A stretch of 60,871 nt of DNA from an uncultured Bacilli bacterium (GTDB lineage: Bacteria; Bacillota_I; Bacilli_A; RF39; UBA660). The stretch covers positions 1 to 60,871 of the forward strand of contig CALVRE010000004.1 of NCBI GenBank assembly GCA_944358455.1. The letters are read 5' to 3'. The position numbers and the translations under genes were made by a program. The notes below the pieces were generated by a model. That model was not told the origin of the DNA. It saw only the letters and a program-made list of their open reading frames with translations, and did no database searches. Within the stretch, counting starts at the first letter, position 1, and every line of letters starts with the position of its first letter. This document shows positions 1 through 9,924 of the stretch, piece by piece.

Positions 1-2
1 AT

Positions 3-158
3 ATCCAATCCATTCAATTATCAAAAGAAAAACCACAAGACATGGGAGTTGGATTACCAATTCGTATTGAAAAAAAAGGAATTCCTGTACTGGAATTAAA
101 AAGAATTGTTCGAACAAATGACCAAAAACAAATTTATCCAAACAGAAAAAGCAAATAA
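3..158 (+). CDS. 3-prime end of an unidentified gene (partial, runs off the window start)
   Basis: Frame 3 is open from the window edge to TAA at 156-158 (...GVGLPIRIEKKGIPVLELKRIVRTNDQKQIYPNRKSK). A strong hairpin terminator follows directly. No family recognised. Confidence 0.3.
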   Translation: MQSIQLSKEKPQDMGVGLPIRIEKKGIPVLELKRIVRTNDQKQIYPNRKSK

Positions 159-178
159 GTGATACTTATTTGCTTTTT
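151..178 (+). terminator. Rho-independent terminator
   Basis: GCAAATAAG / CTTATTTGC 9-bp stem with TGATA loop, followed by TTTTT. Confidence 0.6.
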
Positions 179-271
179 GATTATGATTTTCTACTGATTA
201 CTTATAAAAATTTTATACAAAAATAATCCAAATGTATATTTCCTATTTAAACCTAAGAATTTCATCTACAT

Positions 272-297
272 AAAAATAAAAGAAGCATATTGCTTCT
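272..297 (-). terminator. Rho-independent terminator downstream of the 330..557 gene
   Basis: AGAAGCA / TGCTTCT 7-bp stem with 3-nt loop, followed by a T-rich tract on the minus strand. Confidence 0.55.
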
Positions 298-329
298 CTA
301 TCTTCCATTAAATAAAACGATTGCATTAA

Positions 330-557
330 TTAATGATCTTCTTTCATTGCCACTTTTATTTTTTCTAGTAATTGTTGTTCATCATCCGCAATAATAGGAA
401 TATGATTCACAATTGCAAATGACTTTGTTCTCCCTATTCCACACATATTTTGACAACCAATCATAAGTTTAGCTTCAGGATCTAATTCTTTTAATTTAGG
501 AACCAAAGAATCGATATTCGTTGCTTTACATTTATCGCATATTCGAAATTCATTCAT
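330..557 (-). CDS. DUF1450 (YuzB-like) small Cys-containing protein
   Basis: 75 aa with the pattern F.IC..C...L..L.ELDP...GC...CG......FAIVN......D.E.LL..I, typical of YuzB/DUF1450. Overlaps the pduL stop. Confidence 0.55.
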   Translation of the reverse strand: MNEFRICDKCKATNIDSLVPKLKELDPEAKLMIGCQNMCGIGRTKSFAIVNHIPIIADDEQQLLEKIKVAMKEDH

Positions 558-1122
558 GATCTAAAATTTCTCCCATTGTATCAGAACTAATTAAGAAACC
601 ATTTCCATCGTCAGTATCGACATGAAGTTCCAAGAACGCTTCCTTGGATATTTTAATATGAACATGATCAAAAATACCACCTTTTTCCGTATCCACTTTT
701 ACAGATACAATTTGATCATTTTCAAAGCCATATTTCTTGGCGTCTTCTTCTGAAATATGAATATGACGATTCGCAATAATACACCCTTGTTCTAACTGAA
801 GCTCTCCTTTTGGACCAATAATCGTAATAGGCGAACTTCCTTCTAGGTCCCCAGATGTACGAATCGGTGGTTTTAAACCTAATTTAAACGCATCCGTCTT
901 CGAAATTTCAACCTGGGTATAATTACGAGCTGGTCCTAATACACGAACATTTCCAATTTGATCTTTTTCCGTTTTAATCGTCACTTTCTCAGCTGACGCA
1001 TACATTCCAGGTTGTGTTAGATCACGAGCTTTTGTAAGTTCATATCCTTCACCAAATAAAACTTCTAAATCGTCCTTTTTTAAATGTACATGTCGATTTG
1101 ACACACCAATATTAATTTTCAT
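550..1122 (-). CDS. pduL: Phosphate propanoyltransferase / phosphotransacylase, PduL family
   Basis: Two PduL repeats are visible: GVSNRHVHL...LFG and IANRHIHIS. Also VRVLGPARNYTQVEISKTDAFKLG. Confidence 0.8.
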   Translation of the reverse strand: MKINIGVSNRHVHLKKDDLEVLFGEGYELTKARDLTQPGMYASAEKVTIKTEKDQIGNVRVLGPARNYTQVEISKTDAFKLGLKPPIRTSGDLEGSSPITIIGPKGELQLEQGCIIANRHIHISEEDAKKYGFENDQIVSVKVDTEKGGIFDHVHIKISKEAFLELHVDTDDGNGFLISSDTMGEILDHE

Positions 1123-1225
1123 CTTATCACCTCATGTTAAGTATAACATTATTAAAAATAAAATATCAATCGTTTTTTCATAATTCGAACTCTCTTCTCA
1201 TATTTTATATGGAAAGGATGATTAG

Positions 1226-1615
1226 ATGAATAATAATAGTTTTTTTAATCCCAATCTAGTGGGAAATAACACGGTAGGAACACCACTTTATACGACCAAT
1301 GGTACAACCGTACCAAATCAAGAAACCGCACCCTATCAAACAACACCCATTCCGCCAGCTAGTAGTTTGGGAGAAGATCCATATATCGAAAATGTTCTAA
1401 AAAAAACAGCCCGACTAAAAGCTAGTGTCTACATGACATTTCCAGATTCAAATGAATGGCGTGATCGCAAATTCGATGGAATACTAGAGGGTTCTGGAAG
1501 AGATCATATCGTACTAAGTGAACCATCGACAGGAAATTGGTATATTCTTCCATTAATTTATATGGATCTCATTTCCTTCGATGAAAATCTCGCAAATTAT
1601 CTTCGTAAATCTTGA
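1226..1615 (+). CDS. gerQ: Spore coat protein GerQ-like
   Basis: N/T/P/Q-rich N-terminus. The C-terminal core YIENVLKK...ASVYMTF..SNEW....F.G.LE.SGRDHIVLSEP.TG.WY.LP.IY.D.ISFDE matches the GerQ/YwdL family. Confidence 0.65.
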   Translation: MNNNSFFNPNLVGNNTVGTPLYTTNGTTVPNQETAPYQTTPIPPASSLGEDPYIENVLKKTARLKASVYMTFPDSNEWRDRKFDGILEGSGRDHIVLSEPSTGNWYILPLIYMDLISFDENLANYLRKS

Positions 1616-1657
1616 TAAAACCATTTAACACTGTTATAATGTGTATAAGGTGATCAT

Positions 1658-2203
1658 ATGGATATTGTGATGTATGTTTTGATGATTTTTATACTTGTTT
1701 GTATTCTGTTGATGTGGTACATCACAACATACAACAAGTATCAATCTTATATTATTCGTATCAATGAAGCAGAAGCAAATATTGATTCTACCCTTCGTAA
1801 ACGTTTTGATCTATTAAATAAATCAATTGGAATTTTAAAAGTCAACTTAAAAACAGAAGATGAAATATTAGATAAAGTTGTAAAACTTCGTTCTAAAAAG
1901 CTGACCAACTTTGAACTCGATCGTGAATTATACGAAGCAATCAACGAATTTCATGTTGTAATGGAAAGTAATCCAGAATTAAAAACACATGAAGAATTAA
2001 TGAAAATTGTCATTAGTCTTAATGATACCGAAATTGAAATTTCTGCTTTACGCAAATATTATAATGATATTATTACTGACTATAATAAATTGATACGTAC
2101 TTTTCCATCTAACATCGTAGGAAAATTCGCAAAATACAAACTTCGTACTTACTTTGATGGAAAGAACATGGAAGATAATATCTATAATGATTTCAAATTA
2201 TAA
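1658..2203 (+). CDS. LemA family membrane protein (divergent paralog)
   Basis: N-terminal TM helix followed by YNKYQ...IDSTLRKRFDLL...YYNDIITDYNKLIRTFPSNIVG, the LemA architecture. Confidence 0.65.
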   Translation: MDIVMYVLMIFILVCILLMWYITTYNKYQSYIIRINEAEANIDSTLRKRFDLLNKSIGILKVNLKTEDEILDKVVKLRSKKLTNFELDRELYEAINEFHVVMESNPELKTHEELMKIVISLNDTEIEISALRKYYNDIITDYNKLIRTFPSNIVGKFAKYKLRTYFDGKNMEDNIYNDFKL

Positions 2204-2236
2204 AAAACAAATAGCGAACATGCTATTTGTTTTTTC
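2203..2236. terminator. Bidirectional hairpin terminator
   Basis: ACAAATAGC / GCTATTTGT 9-bp stem flanked by an A-run and a T-run. Lies between convergent lemA-like and tspO genes. Confidence 0.7.
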
Positions 2237-2258
2237 TTATATCAATTTCAACAACTCT

Positions 2259-2711
2259 TTAATTCAATAAGTAAATGGCAAAGTTAAGATATGCTGCAAA
2301 GATAAGCCATAAGAAATAAGGTATTTGAAGATAAGCAGCTTTTTTATCGACCTTATAAAATTCATAGATCATCTTTCCTACTAAAAGAATCAGTAATATA
2401 ATCCATAAGAATGATAATCCATAATTTTTGAAATTAAAGAAGAATAATGGCCATAACAAATTGACTGTTAATTGTAAAATATACCACTTCAGTCCTTCCA
2501 TTCCATCTTTTGATTTCAAAATAAAATAACTAGAAATTCCCATTAATAAATATAAGATCGTCCATACAACTGGGAATACCCACTTTGGTGGAGCCAAAAA
2601 TGGTTTGATCATTGCTCCATAAGATTCTATATCCAAGAAAAGCGCAATTAGACTTCCTAACACTGCAGGAATCATTGTACAAACAAGTAATGTTTTCCAA
2701 TCAATTTTCAT
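2259..2711 (-). CDS. tspO: Tryptophan-rich sensory protein TspO/MBR family
   Basis: Five-TM, Trp-rich protein (PPKWVFPVVWTILYLLMG, LLWPLFFF). Start trimmed to ATG at 2711, which follows an AGAGGTGA SD. Confidence 0.75.
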   Translation of the reverse strand: MKIDWKTLLVCTMIPAVLGSLIALFLDIESYGAMIKPFLAPPKWVFPVVWTILYLLMGISSYFILKSKDGMEGLKWYILQLTVNLLWPLFFFNFKNYGLSFLWIILLILLVGKMIYEFYKVDKKAAYLQIPYFLWLIFAAYLNFAIYLLN

Positions 2712-2782
2712 TGTTTCACCTCTACTACTAACATATTTAAAAAATGAAAAAACATGCACAAAATAAAAGAAGAAAAGGTTGA

Positions 2783-3421
2783 TTATTTCTTCTTATTTTG
2801 TTTCTTATAATATTTACAGATTTCTTGTAATCCACAATGTTGACAATCAGGATTAGCAGCTTTACAGTAATACCTTCCAAATAATACTAATTGATGATGT
2901 AAGCGACTAAGTTTTTCTTTTGGAAATTTTTTATTTAACTTCTTTTCGATCGTAAGTACATCATCTGTTTCTTTGGCAAGTCCTAAACGTTTGCTGACAC
3001 GTGAAACATGAGTATCAACTGCAATAACTGGTAAATCATATAAATTGCTGAGAACTACATTCGTCGTTTTTCTGCCAACTCCACTTAATGTCTCTAAAAA
3101 TTCTCGATCATTTGGAACAATTCCATTGCTTTTTTCGATCAATGCTCCAGCAATTTGTTTAATGTTGAGAGCCTTTTTATGAAAAGTTCCAATTGGTCTA
3201 ATAATATTCATCAAATCCTCGATATCAGCATCTCTTAAAGCTTCTAAAGTAGGATATTTTTGAAATAAGGTAGCGGTTACTTGATTGACTCTCTTATCAG
3301 TCGTTTGGGCACTGAGCATAACGGCAATCAATAATTCATAGTCTTTATGATAATTTAATTCACATCTTGGATTTGGAATCAATTGATCCCAGTAATCCAT
3401 CATTTTATTCACTTCTGTCAT
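2783..3421 (-). CDS. nth: Endonuclease III
   Basis: HhH-GPD motif (LSGVGRKTTNVVL, VDTHVSRV) and C-terminal 4Fe-4S cluster loop CKAANPDCQHCGLQEIC. Confidence 0.9.
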   Translation of the reverse strand: MTEVNKMMDYWDQLIPNPRCELNYHKDYELLIAVMLSAQTTDKRVNQVTATLFQKYPTLEALRDADIEDLMNIIRPIGTFHKKALNIKQIAGALIEKSNGIVPNDREFLETLSGVGRKTTNVVLSNLYDLPVIAVDTHVSRVSKRLGLAKETDDVLTIEKKLNKKFPKEKLSRLHHQLVLFGRYYCKAANPDCQHCGLQEICKYYKKQNKKK

Positions 3422-4067
3422 TTAACCAATCATAATCGAAAAGTTCTTTCGGTTCTTGTTTGCGTTCCATAAAACTTTTCTTTTCCCTTTCAATATCTTC
3501 TTTACTCTGAATGCCTTTTTTCTTCCATTCGTATAAAATTTTATCGATATAACGTAAATTAAATACACCATTGTAAACTGCTTCTTTTAAAGCTAGCAAC
3601 ACGACCTCTTCCGTAAACTCACCATCTAACCATCCTCCGATGATTTCATATTCCATACTAGATAAAGTTCTACCAAATTCTTGTTCAAAAGCGTCATATA
3701 CATTTGTCTTCTTCGCTTCTTCTTGTACAGGTTTGCCATTGACGATAAAAAACGCTAATTTTTTATAGAGCTCTTCAAAGGAAATATGCTCCTCTACTTT
3801 ACTTCCATTTTTCACTACTTTGATTTCTAAACAATCTTTACTTGCTATATTATTGACAATTTCTAATACTTCATTCAAAGAGTATCCTAAATCTTCTCCA
3901 ATCTTCTTAGGATTAAATAATTTATCATTCTCATTCCATAGATAAATGATAAACACAAATTCTTGTTCCGTCAATTTAAATTCACGATAACTTTGGAATA
4001 AAATTCTAGGTACAGCAATTGTTTTTTCTTTTAGAAGTTCTATTATTTTTTCCATCATAAGCTTCAC
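3405..4067 (-). CDS. dnaD: DnaD-domain replication initiation / membrane attachment protein
   Basis: C-terminal DnaB_2/DnaD domain (FEQEFGRTLSSMEYEIIGGWLD...YIDKILYEWKKKGI). dnaD-nth synteny as in Bacillus. Confidence 0.75.
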   Translation of the reverse strand: MKLMMEKIIELLKEKTIAVPRILFQSYREFKLTEQEFVFIIYLWNENDKLFNPKKIGEDLGYSLNEVLEIVNNIASKDCLEIKVVKNGSKVEEHISFEELYKKLAFFIVNGKPVQEEAKKTNVYDAFEQEFGRTLSSMEYEIIGGWLDGEFTEEVVLLALKEAVYNGVFNLRYIDKILYEWKKKGIQSKEDIEREKKSFMERKQEPKELFDYDWLNDRSE

Positions 4068-4106
4068 CTTGCCTAATATTATACAACAAAAGTTTCTATT
4101 TGTATA

Positions 4107-4718
4107 TCAAAAAGGTAAAGTGAGTGTATCAAAATCATCGTCCTTCCATTTTAAAGTAACCAAATATCCTTCTTTCAATTCCAAAGTGCGATATAATAAA
4201 TTTGTATTCTGTGAAATAGGAGAAGATTCTATAATCAGTTTTACTTCATCTGGTACTTCTAATTTCACTTGATAAGGTACATAAAGATAATCACAATCTG
4301 TAAATGTTTGTTCTTTCTCGATAATACAAAGAGATTGATTTTGATAAGTAAGTTTCAAATATGGATCACTGGTAAAGGTAATGAAATCATCTTTATAGTA
4401 AGTAATCACCTCTACTTTATCGCTTTTATAACCCGCTTTATCGTTTGAAACCCATATTTTTGTCGCTGGATATTCTTGATAACGCTCTAAAAACAATTCC
4501 AGTTTTTCTTTATTTTCTATTTGTAAAAGAAAAAGATAACTAGCCTGATTATTTTGTATTAATAATACATGATTACCACTTTCATGATAAAAAGTAATTC
4601 CTAGTTCATCTTCTTTTAATTGAAAATGATATCGATCTTTTGAATTGACACTACCTCTCATCATGAGAAGAGAACCTATTAAAACCAAAGCAATGATCCA
4701 TACACTCCATTTTTTCAT
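4107..4718 (-). CDS. Hypothetical membrane-anchored protein
   Basis: Long ORF with an N-terminal signal-anchor (MKKWSVWIIALVLIGSLLMM). No family recognised. Start trimmed to the second ATG. Confidence 0.45.
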   Translation of the reverse strand: MKKWSVWIIALVLIGSLLMMRGSVNSKDRYHFQLKEDELGITFYHESGNHVLLIQNNQASYLFLLQIENKEKLELFLERYQEYPATKIWVSNDKAGYKSDKVEVITYYKDDFITFTSDPYLKLTYQNQSLCIIEKEQTFTDCDYLYVPYQVKLEVPDEVKLIIESSPISQNTNLLYRTLELKEGYLVTLKWKDDDFDTLTLPF

Positions 4719-4763
4719 TTTAAAACACATCCTACTATAAGGTATGTGTTTTATTTTCGTTTA

Positions 4764-5543
4764 TTAATCTTGGTCAAGTTGTTTCAAGTAGTTTTGTTCT
4801 TTTTTTGAAAAAGGATAACGATCAGCGACATCTAGTTCTCTCCAAATATGCCAAAGTCCTTTTGTTTGAAGATTCGCTAAACGGGGTAATTCCAAGGGAC
4901 CGTCTAATCCATAATGAAGGATGAGAGAAACACCTTTTTCGGTACTAAAAATTTGATCCAATTCTTCTCTTTTTCGTTCGTAAGATAGTGTTTTAAGCAA
5001 ATCTTTTTTCTTTTTAATCGCTTCTTCTAATTCATAATCCAATTTAAAATTCAAAGTAGAAGCAAAACGAATCGCACGTAAAATACGTAAAGCATCTTCT
5101 TCTAAACGGTCTATGCTATTTCCTACCGTTCGAATGATCTTATGGTCAATATCATTTCTAGCTCCCAATAAATCGACATAATTACCATCCCAATCGATAC
5201 ATAAAGTATTCATGATGAAATCTCTTCGCATTAGATCTTCTTCTAAAGTATCTACAAATTCGATTCTTCTTGGAATACGATGATGTTCGTAATCATATTC
5301 CTTACGAAAAGTGGTAATTTCATAATGATTATGATGAATCTTTAAACGTACTGCTCCATAAGAGGCAAATGATAAATCCGCTTCCGGATAAATCCTAGCG
5401 ATTTCTTCTGGTGTCGCTCTCGTACAAATATCGAAGTCTTCACTCTCAAATCCCAGATAATGATCGCGGGGATACCCCCCTACCAGATAAGCTTCGTATC
5501 CATATTTTTTTAGTGTTTGAAGAACTTGCAATGCTTCTTTCAT
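4764..5543 (-). CDS. cca: Class II tRNA nucleotidyltransferase (CCA-adding type), unusually short
   Basis: Head and neck motifs are present: LVGGYPRD, DFDI, RRDFIMNTL, EDALRILRAIRFAS. The product is only 259 aa. Confidence 0.7.
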   Translation of the reverse strand: MKEALQVLQTLKKYGYEAYLVGGYPRDHYLGFESEDFDICTRATPEEIARIYPEADLSFASYGAVRLKIHHNHYEITTFRKEYDYEHHRIPRRIEFVDTLEEDLMRRDFIMNTLCIDWDGNYVDLLGARNDIDHKIIRTVGNSIDRLEEDALRILRAIRFASTLNFKLDYELEEAIKKKKDLLKTLSYERKREELDQIFSTEKGVSLILHYGLDGPLELPRLANLQTKGLWHIWRELDVADRYPFSKKEQNYLKQLDQD

Positions 5544-5552
5544 AGTTCCTCC

Positions 5553-6917
5553 TTATATTTGTGGATTCAAAAAGGCAATATTTTGATAGAGTTCTGTAAA
5601 AGGATATGGTAAATCCGCCACAGTTCCAAACAGGAACAGAATATGATCAGATGACAACATCAAATATTCATCTTGTACAATTCCTCCAACTTGAAAAGGA
5701 ATACCAATGAGTTCTAACAGTTCCAACGAAACTTCTCGATTTAAAATTGTCAGATTTCTCTCTGTTAAAATAGTTTGATAAGAAGCAGGAACCTCCTCGA
5801 TCATTCTGACTACAATATGATGAGATTCTTGGTATTGCATGATAATTTGATCCCATAGATTGGCAAATGCTTCTTCACTATAACCACTACTGACAGGATT
5901 CGTTATGGTCACAATAAGATATGGTCGATCCAGTTCTTCCCATTCTTCTAGTCCTTCTACGTTAAAATTAAGATAACTAAGTACTTGATTTTTCTCTTCT
6001 TCCGATAACTGTCCATACAATTCTGAAAAAAGACGAGTATCGATTCTGTCATTCAATTCAGCTTTGATTTGTTCATCTGATCCTAATACAAGTTCTGCAT
6101 AAGGAAGTAAAAAGTGATGATTATCTAAATTGGTAGCTGCAAAAATCATCTTTTCATCATCGATTACATTCGCATCAGCCTTGGTTTTTCGAATGAGATC
6201 GAGATCTTTTAAAAATTGATTTTGAATCGTTAAGAAATGTTGATAATCTTCTCCTTGTAAAGTATTTTCATAACTCGTCATGCCATCACTCAAATAAGTG
6301 ACCTCGTAACGATGATTGCCTAGTCCTAAAGATGCCATAATAGAAAATTCTATCTGATAATAATCTTCACTTAGATAAAGATGGAAATAAGCATTCTCAT
6401 CTCTCGCTAAGACATTTTTTACTTGTTCCGTTGCTTCTGATATTACTTTGTCTAGTGATGTCTCACCAATCTCATGCATCAATTTTAAATTAGAACGATT
6501 TTTAAGATTATCTTCTTGAAAAAAATCAGAACTTAAATACCATACATAAGCTTCATTCGTATTTCTAGATAGGAAGATACTGCTATAATAAGCGGACACT
6601 TCACTACCGATAAAATAAAAATCGTAAGAAGTATCTTTCTCGACATCTTGAATCACCACTGTCTTTTTATGAACCCCCGATACAATTTCATACGTACCAA
6701 CTTCATAAATGCCTGTTCCTTCTTCGTAGACTTCGCCATTAACAGTCACTTGATTTTCGCTTTCTATTTTAAATGGCTTGGTATTATGATCTAAATAATA
6801 AATAGGATCCCCATTGTAATCGACGATCTTAAAATCACCTCGTTCTTGAATCGTAATAATCGCTACAATAACAAGTAAAATAACACTAATAATCATGATG
6901 AAATGTTTTCTTTCCAT
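5553..6917 (-). CDS. Hypothetical membrane-anchored extracytoplasmic protein
   Basis: 454-aa ORF with a single N-terminal TM (FIMIISVILLVIVAIITI). No family recognised. Confidence 0.45.
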   Translation of the reverse strand: MERKHFIMIISVILLVIVAIITIQERGDFKIVDYNGDPIYYLDHNTKPFKIESENQVTVNGEVYEEGTGIYEVGTYEIVSGVHKKTVVIQDVEKDTSYDFYFIGSEVSAYYSSIFLSRNTNEAYVWYLSSDFFQEDNLKNRSNLKLMHEIGETSLDKVISEATEQVKNVLARDENAYFHLYLSEDYYQIEFSIMASLGLGNHRYEVTYLSDGMTSYENTLQGEDYQHFLTIQNQFLKDLDLIRKTKADANVIDDEKMIFAATNLDNHHFLLPYAELVLGSDEQIKAELNDRIDTRLFSELYGQLSEEEKNQVLSYLNFNVEGLEEWEELDRPYLIVTITNPVSSGYSEEAFANLWDQIIMQYQESHHIVVRMIEEVPASYQTILTERNLTILNREVSLELLELIGIPFQVGGIVQDEYLMLSSDHILFLFGTVADLPYPFTELYQNIAFLNPQI

Positions 6918-6984
6918 ATAACTACTCCCGCTTTATTTTCTGTTTTTATTATACTTTTATTTTAAAAGCAAGTCAATGTAGGCA

Positions 6985-7007
6985 AAATAAAAAAGGCTTT
7001 CGCCTCT
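6985..7007 (-). terminator. Terminator downstream of hup
   Basis: On the minus strand, a GAGGC-GAAA-GCCTT hairpin followed by TTTTTTATTTT. Confidence 0.5.
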
Positions 7008-7011
7008 TCTA

Positions 7012-7284
7012 TTAATTTAAAGCATCTTTTAATTTAGATCCAGCTTTAACAGCAACAGCAATTCTTGCAGGAATTTTAACAGTTTCACCAGTTCTTGGAT
7101 TACGTCCTTCTTTCGCTTCTTTCTTTTTAGCTGTAAAAGTACAGAATCCAGTTAACTTTACAGATCCTTCTTCTTTTAATCCTTTAATTACTCCACTCAT
7201 CATAGCTTCTAAAGCTCTAGCTGAGTCAGCTTTCGTTAATCCTGTTTGTTCTGCAATATAATTTGTTAAATCTTGTTTTGTCAT
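7012..7284 (-). CDS. hup: DNA-binding protein HU
   Basis: 90 aa. MTKQDL...GFCTF......EGRNPRTGE.V.IPA is the canonical HU/IHF fold signature. Confidence 0.92.
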   Translation of the reverse strand: MTKQDLTNYIAEQTGLTKADSARALEAMMSGVIKGLKEEGSVKLTGFCTFTAKKKEAKEGRNPRTGETVKIPARIAVAVKAGSKLKDALN

Positions 7285-7410
7285 TCTATGTTACCTCCCA
7301 ATTTTTAATAAGCTCTTTAGCTTACATTTACAGAATATCATCTTTTTTTGGGAAAAGCAATATTTTTCTTTGATTTTTCAAACTTTTTTCGAAAAAAAGA
7401 GACTACTCAT

Positions 7411-8265
7411 CTAAGTCAAATCCACAACTGTAATTCCCATTGCAAATAAATCATTAAAATAATGAAAGAAACCACTACTATAACTAAGTTTGATAATCGC
7501 ACTGTTCACGATGACAGTCGTTTTCCCCTTTACCATTTTTCCTCTTACTTTCTTTGGAAACAAGCCTTTTGAAGGCGTAATAATACCCCTCGTTCCACGA
7601 TACCATTCAGGCATCAATCCATTATGAGTATGACCAGATAAAATCAGATCAAATTGATGAATTGGTGTACTACGATAATATTGATCTCGTGTCAGATTGA
7701 TTGGGCTATGAAGAAGTAAAATCGAATAACGATCTTTTTTTAAAATAGGAATGTGTTCATTACTATCTTGAACAAAAAGACGTAATTGTTCTTCCTTATC
7801 TTTACTTTTATAATAAGTAAATGGTGGATTATATCCATAAAAGTAAATATGATCTAGTTCTACTCCTTCGGAATCTAAGAAATAAAGATTTGGTATTTTT
7901 TTTAAAGTTTGAATCCACTCAGGGTAATAGGCCTCTACCCAATCTTCTTTTTTTGATTGGTTTCTAACCGGTTTCATTTCCTCTAAATCATGATTCCCCA
8001 ATGTCATAATAACGGGTGCCAAATTCGTTAACTCTTTTAAAAAATGATAAAATGGCTTCATATCCGCTTTCACACTCACATCGACACGATCTAATAAATC
8101 ACCAGGAATACAAATATAATCCGGTTCCAATGGTTTTATTTTCGATAAAATCATGGCAAAACGTTCTCTTTTATACTTCATATGATAGTGAATATCAGCT
8201 ATCATAACAATGCGCTTTTTTTGGTTGGTACCAGTTACTTGATAATTCGTAATTGCCGTTCTCAT
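7411..8265 (-). CDS. Metallophosphoesterase (calcineurin-like)
   Basis: Motifs IADIHY, PGDLLD, LGNHD, LLLHSP and SGHTHNG. Confidence 0.75.
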   Translation of the reverse strand: MRTAITNYQVTGTNQKKRIVMIADIHYHMKYKRERFAMILSKIKPLEPDYICIPGDLLDRVDVSVKADMKPFYHFLKELTNLAPVIMTLGNHDLEEMKPVRNQSKKEDWVEAYYPEWIQTLKKIPNLYFLDSEGVELDHIYFYGYNPPFTYYKSKDKEEQLRLFVQDSNEHIPILKKDRYSILLLHSPINLTRDQYYRSTPIHQFDLILSGHTHNGLMPEWYRGTRGIITPSKGLFPKKVRGKMVKGKTTVIVNSAIIKLSYSSGFFHYFNDLFAMGITVVDLT

Positions 8266-8311
8266 ACGTCACCTCTAGTCTTTCTCCATTATATATAAGA
8301 AATGAGAAGAT

Positions 8312-8345
8312 AGCAAGAAAGAAAGTGAAAATTCACTTTCTTTTT
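8312..8345. terminator. Hairpin terminator downstream of spoIVA
   Basis: GAAAGTGAA / TTCACTTTC stem flanked by T-rich tracts on both strands. Confidence 0.5.
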
Positions 8346-9813
8346 ATAAAACGATAGCAAATAAATTCCCAGAACCTTTGTTGACGAGCTTTGACAAAGT
8401 TTGTTGTAATTTATATCTTACATTTTCTGGAAGTAATGAAAGTTTTGCTTGAATTCCTTCTTGTACGATAACATCTAAACTACGTCCAAAAATTTCACTC
8501 TTCCAAATATTTTCATTATCATTATCTTTCATAAGGTAATTGATCAATTCTTTACTTTGTAATTCTGATCCAATAATGGGTTCAAACGTACTTTCTACAT
8601 CGACACGAATCATATGAATAGATGGTGCGACTGCTTTTAATTTGATACCATAACGACTTCCTTGTTTAATGATCTCTGGTGTATCCAACTTCATATCAGA
8701 CAAGGTTGGACTAGCAACTCCATAACCAGTTTGTTTTACCATCTTAAGTGCACCCTTGATTTGATCATATTCACATTTTGCTTCGTTGTAATCTTGGAAT
8801 AATGTTAGAAGTGCGGCTTTGCTTGTAACATCAACTCCGATGATATCTTTTAAAATTTGATTATAAAGTTCGTTTGGTGCTTGTAATGTTACCGTTACTT
8901 CACCAGTAGAAGTATCGACATTTGATAAATATGATTTACTAATATATTCACAATCATTAAAATGCTGATTGATGGTATCAATGTCACGTAACTTGTCAAT
9001 TTCGACAACACTTTCGCGAATCTTTTCGATATAAACTTTTTTCAACCAATGATTTGGACTCAAACAAGCGATCCATTCTGGCATATCAACTTTTACTTCT
9101 AGAACTGGGAATTCATATAAAGCTTCTCTTAAAATATTGTAAATATCTCGTTCGTTCATATTTTCCACACTGATCGGCAATACAGGAACTTGATATTCTT
9201 CGTGTAACTTCTCAGCCATTCGTTCTGTTTCTGGTAACATTGGATGTGTCGAATTCAAAACGACAATAAATGGTTTCCCAATCTCTTTTAATTCATTTAC
9301 GACTCTCGATTCAGCTTCGACATAATCACTTCTCGTAAGTTCGCCGATCGATCCATCTGTCGTTACCACAATCCCAATTGTCGAATGATCCTTGATAACC
9401 TTTTCTGTTCCTACCTCAGCAGCTTCGATAAATGGTATTTCTTCATCATACCAAGGAGTCTTTACCATCCTTGGGCCATTTTCATCTTCATAACCTTTGG
9501 CATTGGGAATCACATAACCAACACAATCGATCAATTTGACATTCGTCTCAATTTCATCGATCTTAATTTTGGCAGCATTACTTGGAACAAATTTTGGTTC
9601 CGTCGTCATAATAGTCTTTCCTTGAGCACTTTGTGGTATTTCATCAAGCGCTCTTTTTCGTTCGTATTCATCTTCAATATTAGGGACGACAAGATTCTCA
9701 ATTACTTTTTTTATGAAAGTTGATTTTCCTGTACGAACTGCCCCTACTACTCCTAAATAAATATCGCCACCGGTTCTTTCGGTGATGCTTTTAATGATAT
9801 CTATCTTTTCCAT
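8344..9813 (-). CDS. spoIVA: Stage IV sporulation protein A (coat morphogenetic ATPase)
   Basis: N-terminal Walker A in DIYLGVVGAVRTGKSTFIKK. About 490 aa, with the characteristic C-terminus ...GSGNLFAIVL. Confidence 0.9.
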   Translation of the reverse strand: MEKIDIIKSITERTGGDIYLGVVGAVRTGKSTFIKKVIENLVVPNIEDEYERKRALDEIPQSAQGKTIMTTEPKFVPSNAAKIKIDEIETNVKLIDCVGYVIPNAKGYEDENGPRMVKTPWYDEEIPFIEAAEVGTEKVIKDHSTIGIVVTTDGSIGELTRSDYVEAESRVVNELKEIGKPFIVVLNSTHPMLPETERMAEKLHEEYQVPVLPISVENMNERDIYNILREALYEFPVLEVKVDMPEWIACLSPNHWLKKVYIEKIRESVVEIDKLRDIDTINQHFNDCEYISKSYLSNVDTSTGEVTVTLQAPNELYNQILKDIIGVDVTSKAALLTLFQDYNEAKCEYDQIKGALKMVKQTGYGVASPTLSDMKLDTPEIIKQGSRYGIKLKAVAPSIHMIRVDVESTFEPIIGSELQSKELINYLMKDNDNENIWKSEIFGRSLDVIVQEGIQAKLSLLPENVRYKLQQTLSKLVNKGSGNLFAIVL

Positions 9814-9924
9814 ATAATCCCTACTTTCCTCGAATTCATTTAACTATATGATCAAAAAATTCAAGTTATGTATAATTTTAAACAGGAAAAGTAAAAATTT
9901 GGTATAATGATAATAGGTGATCCT

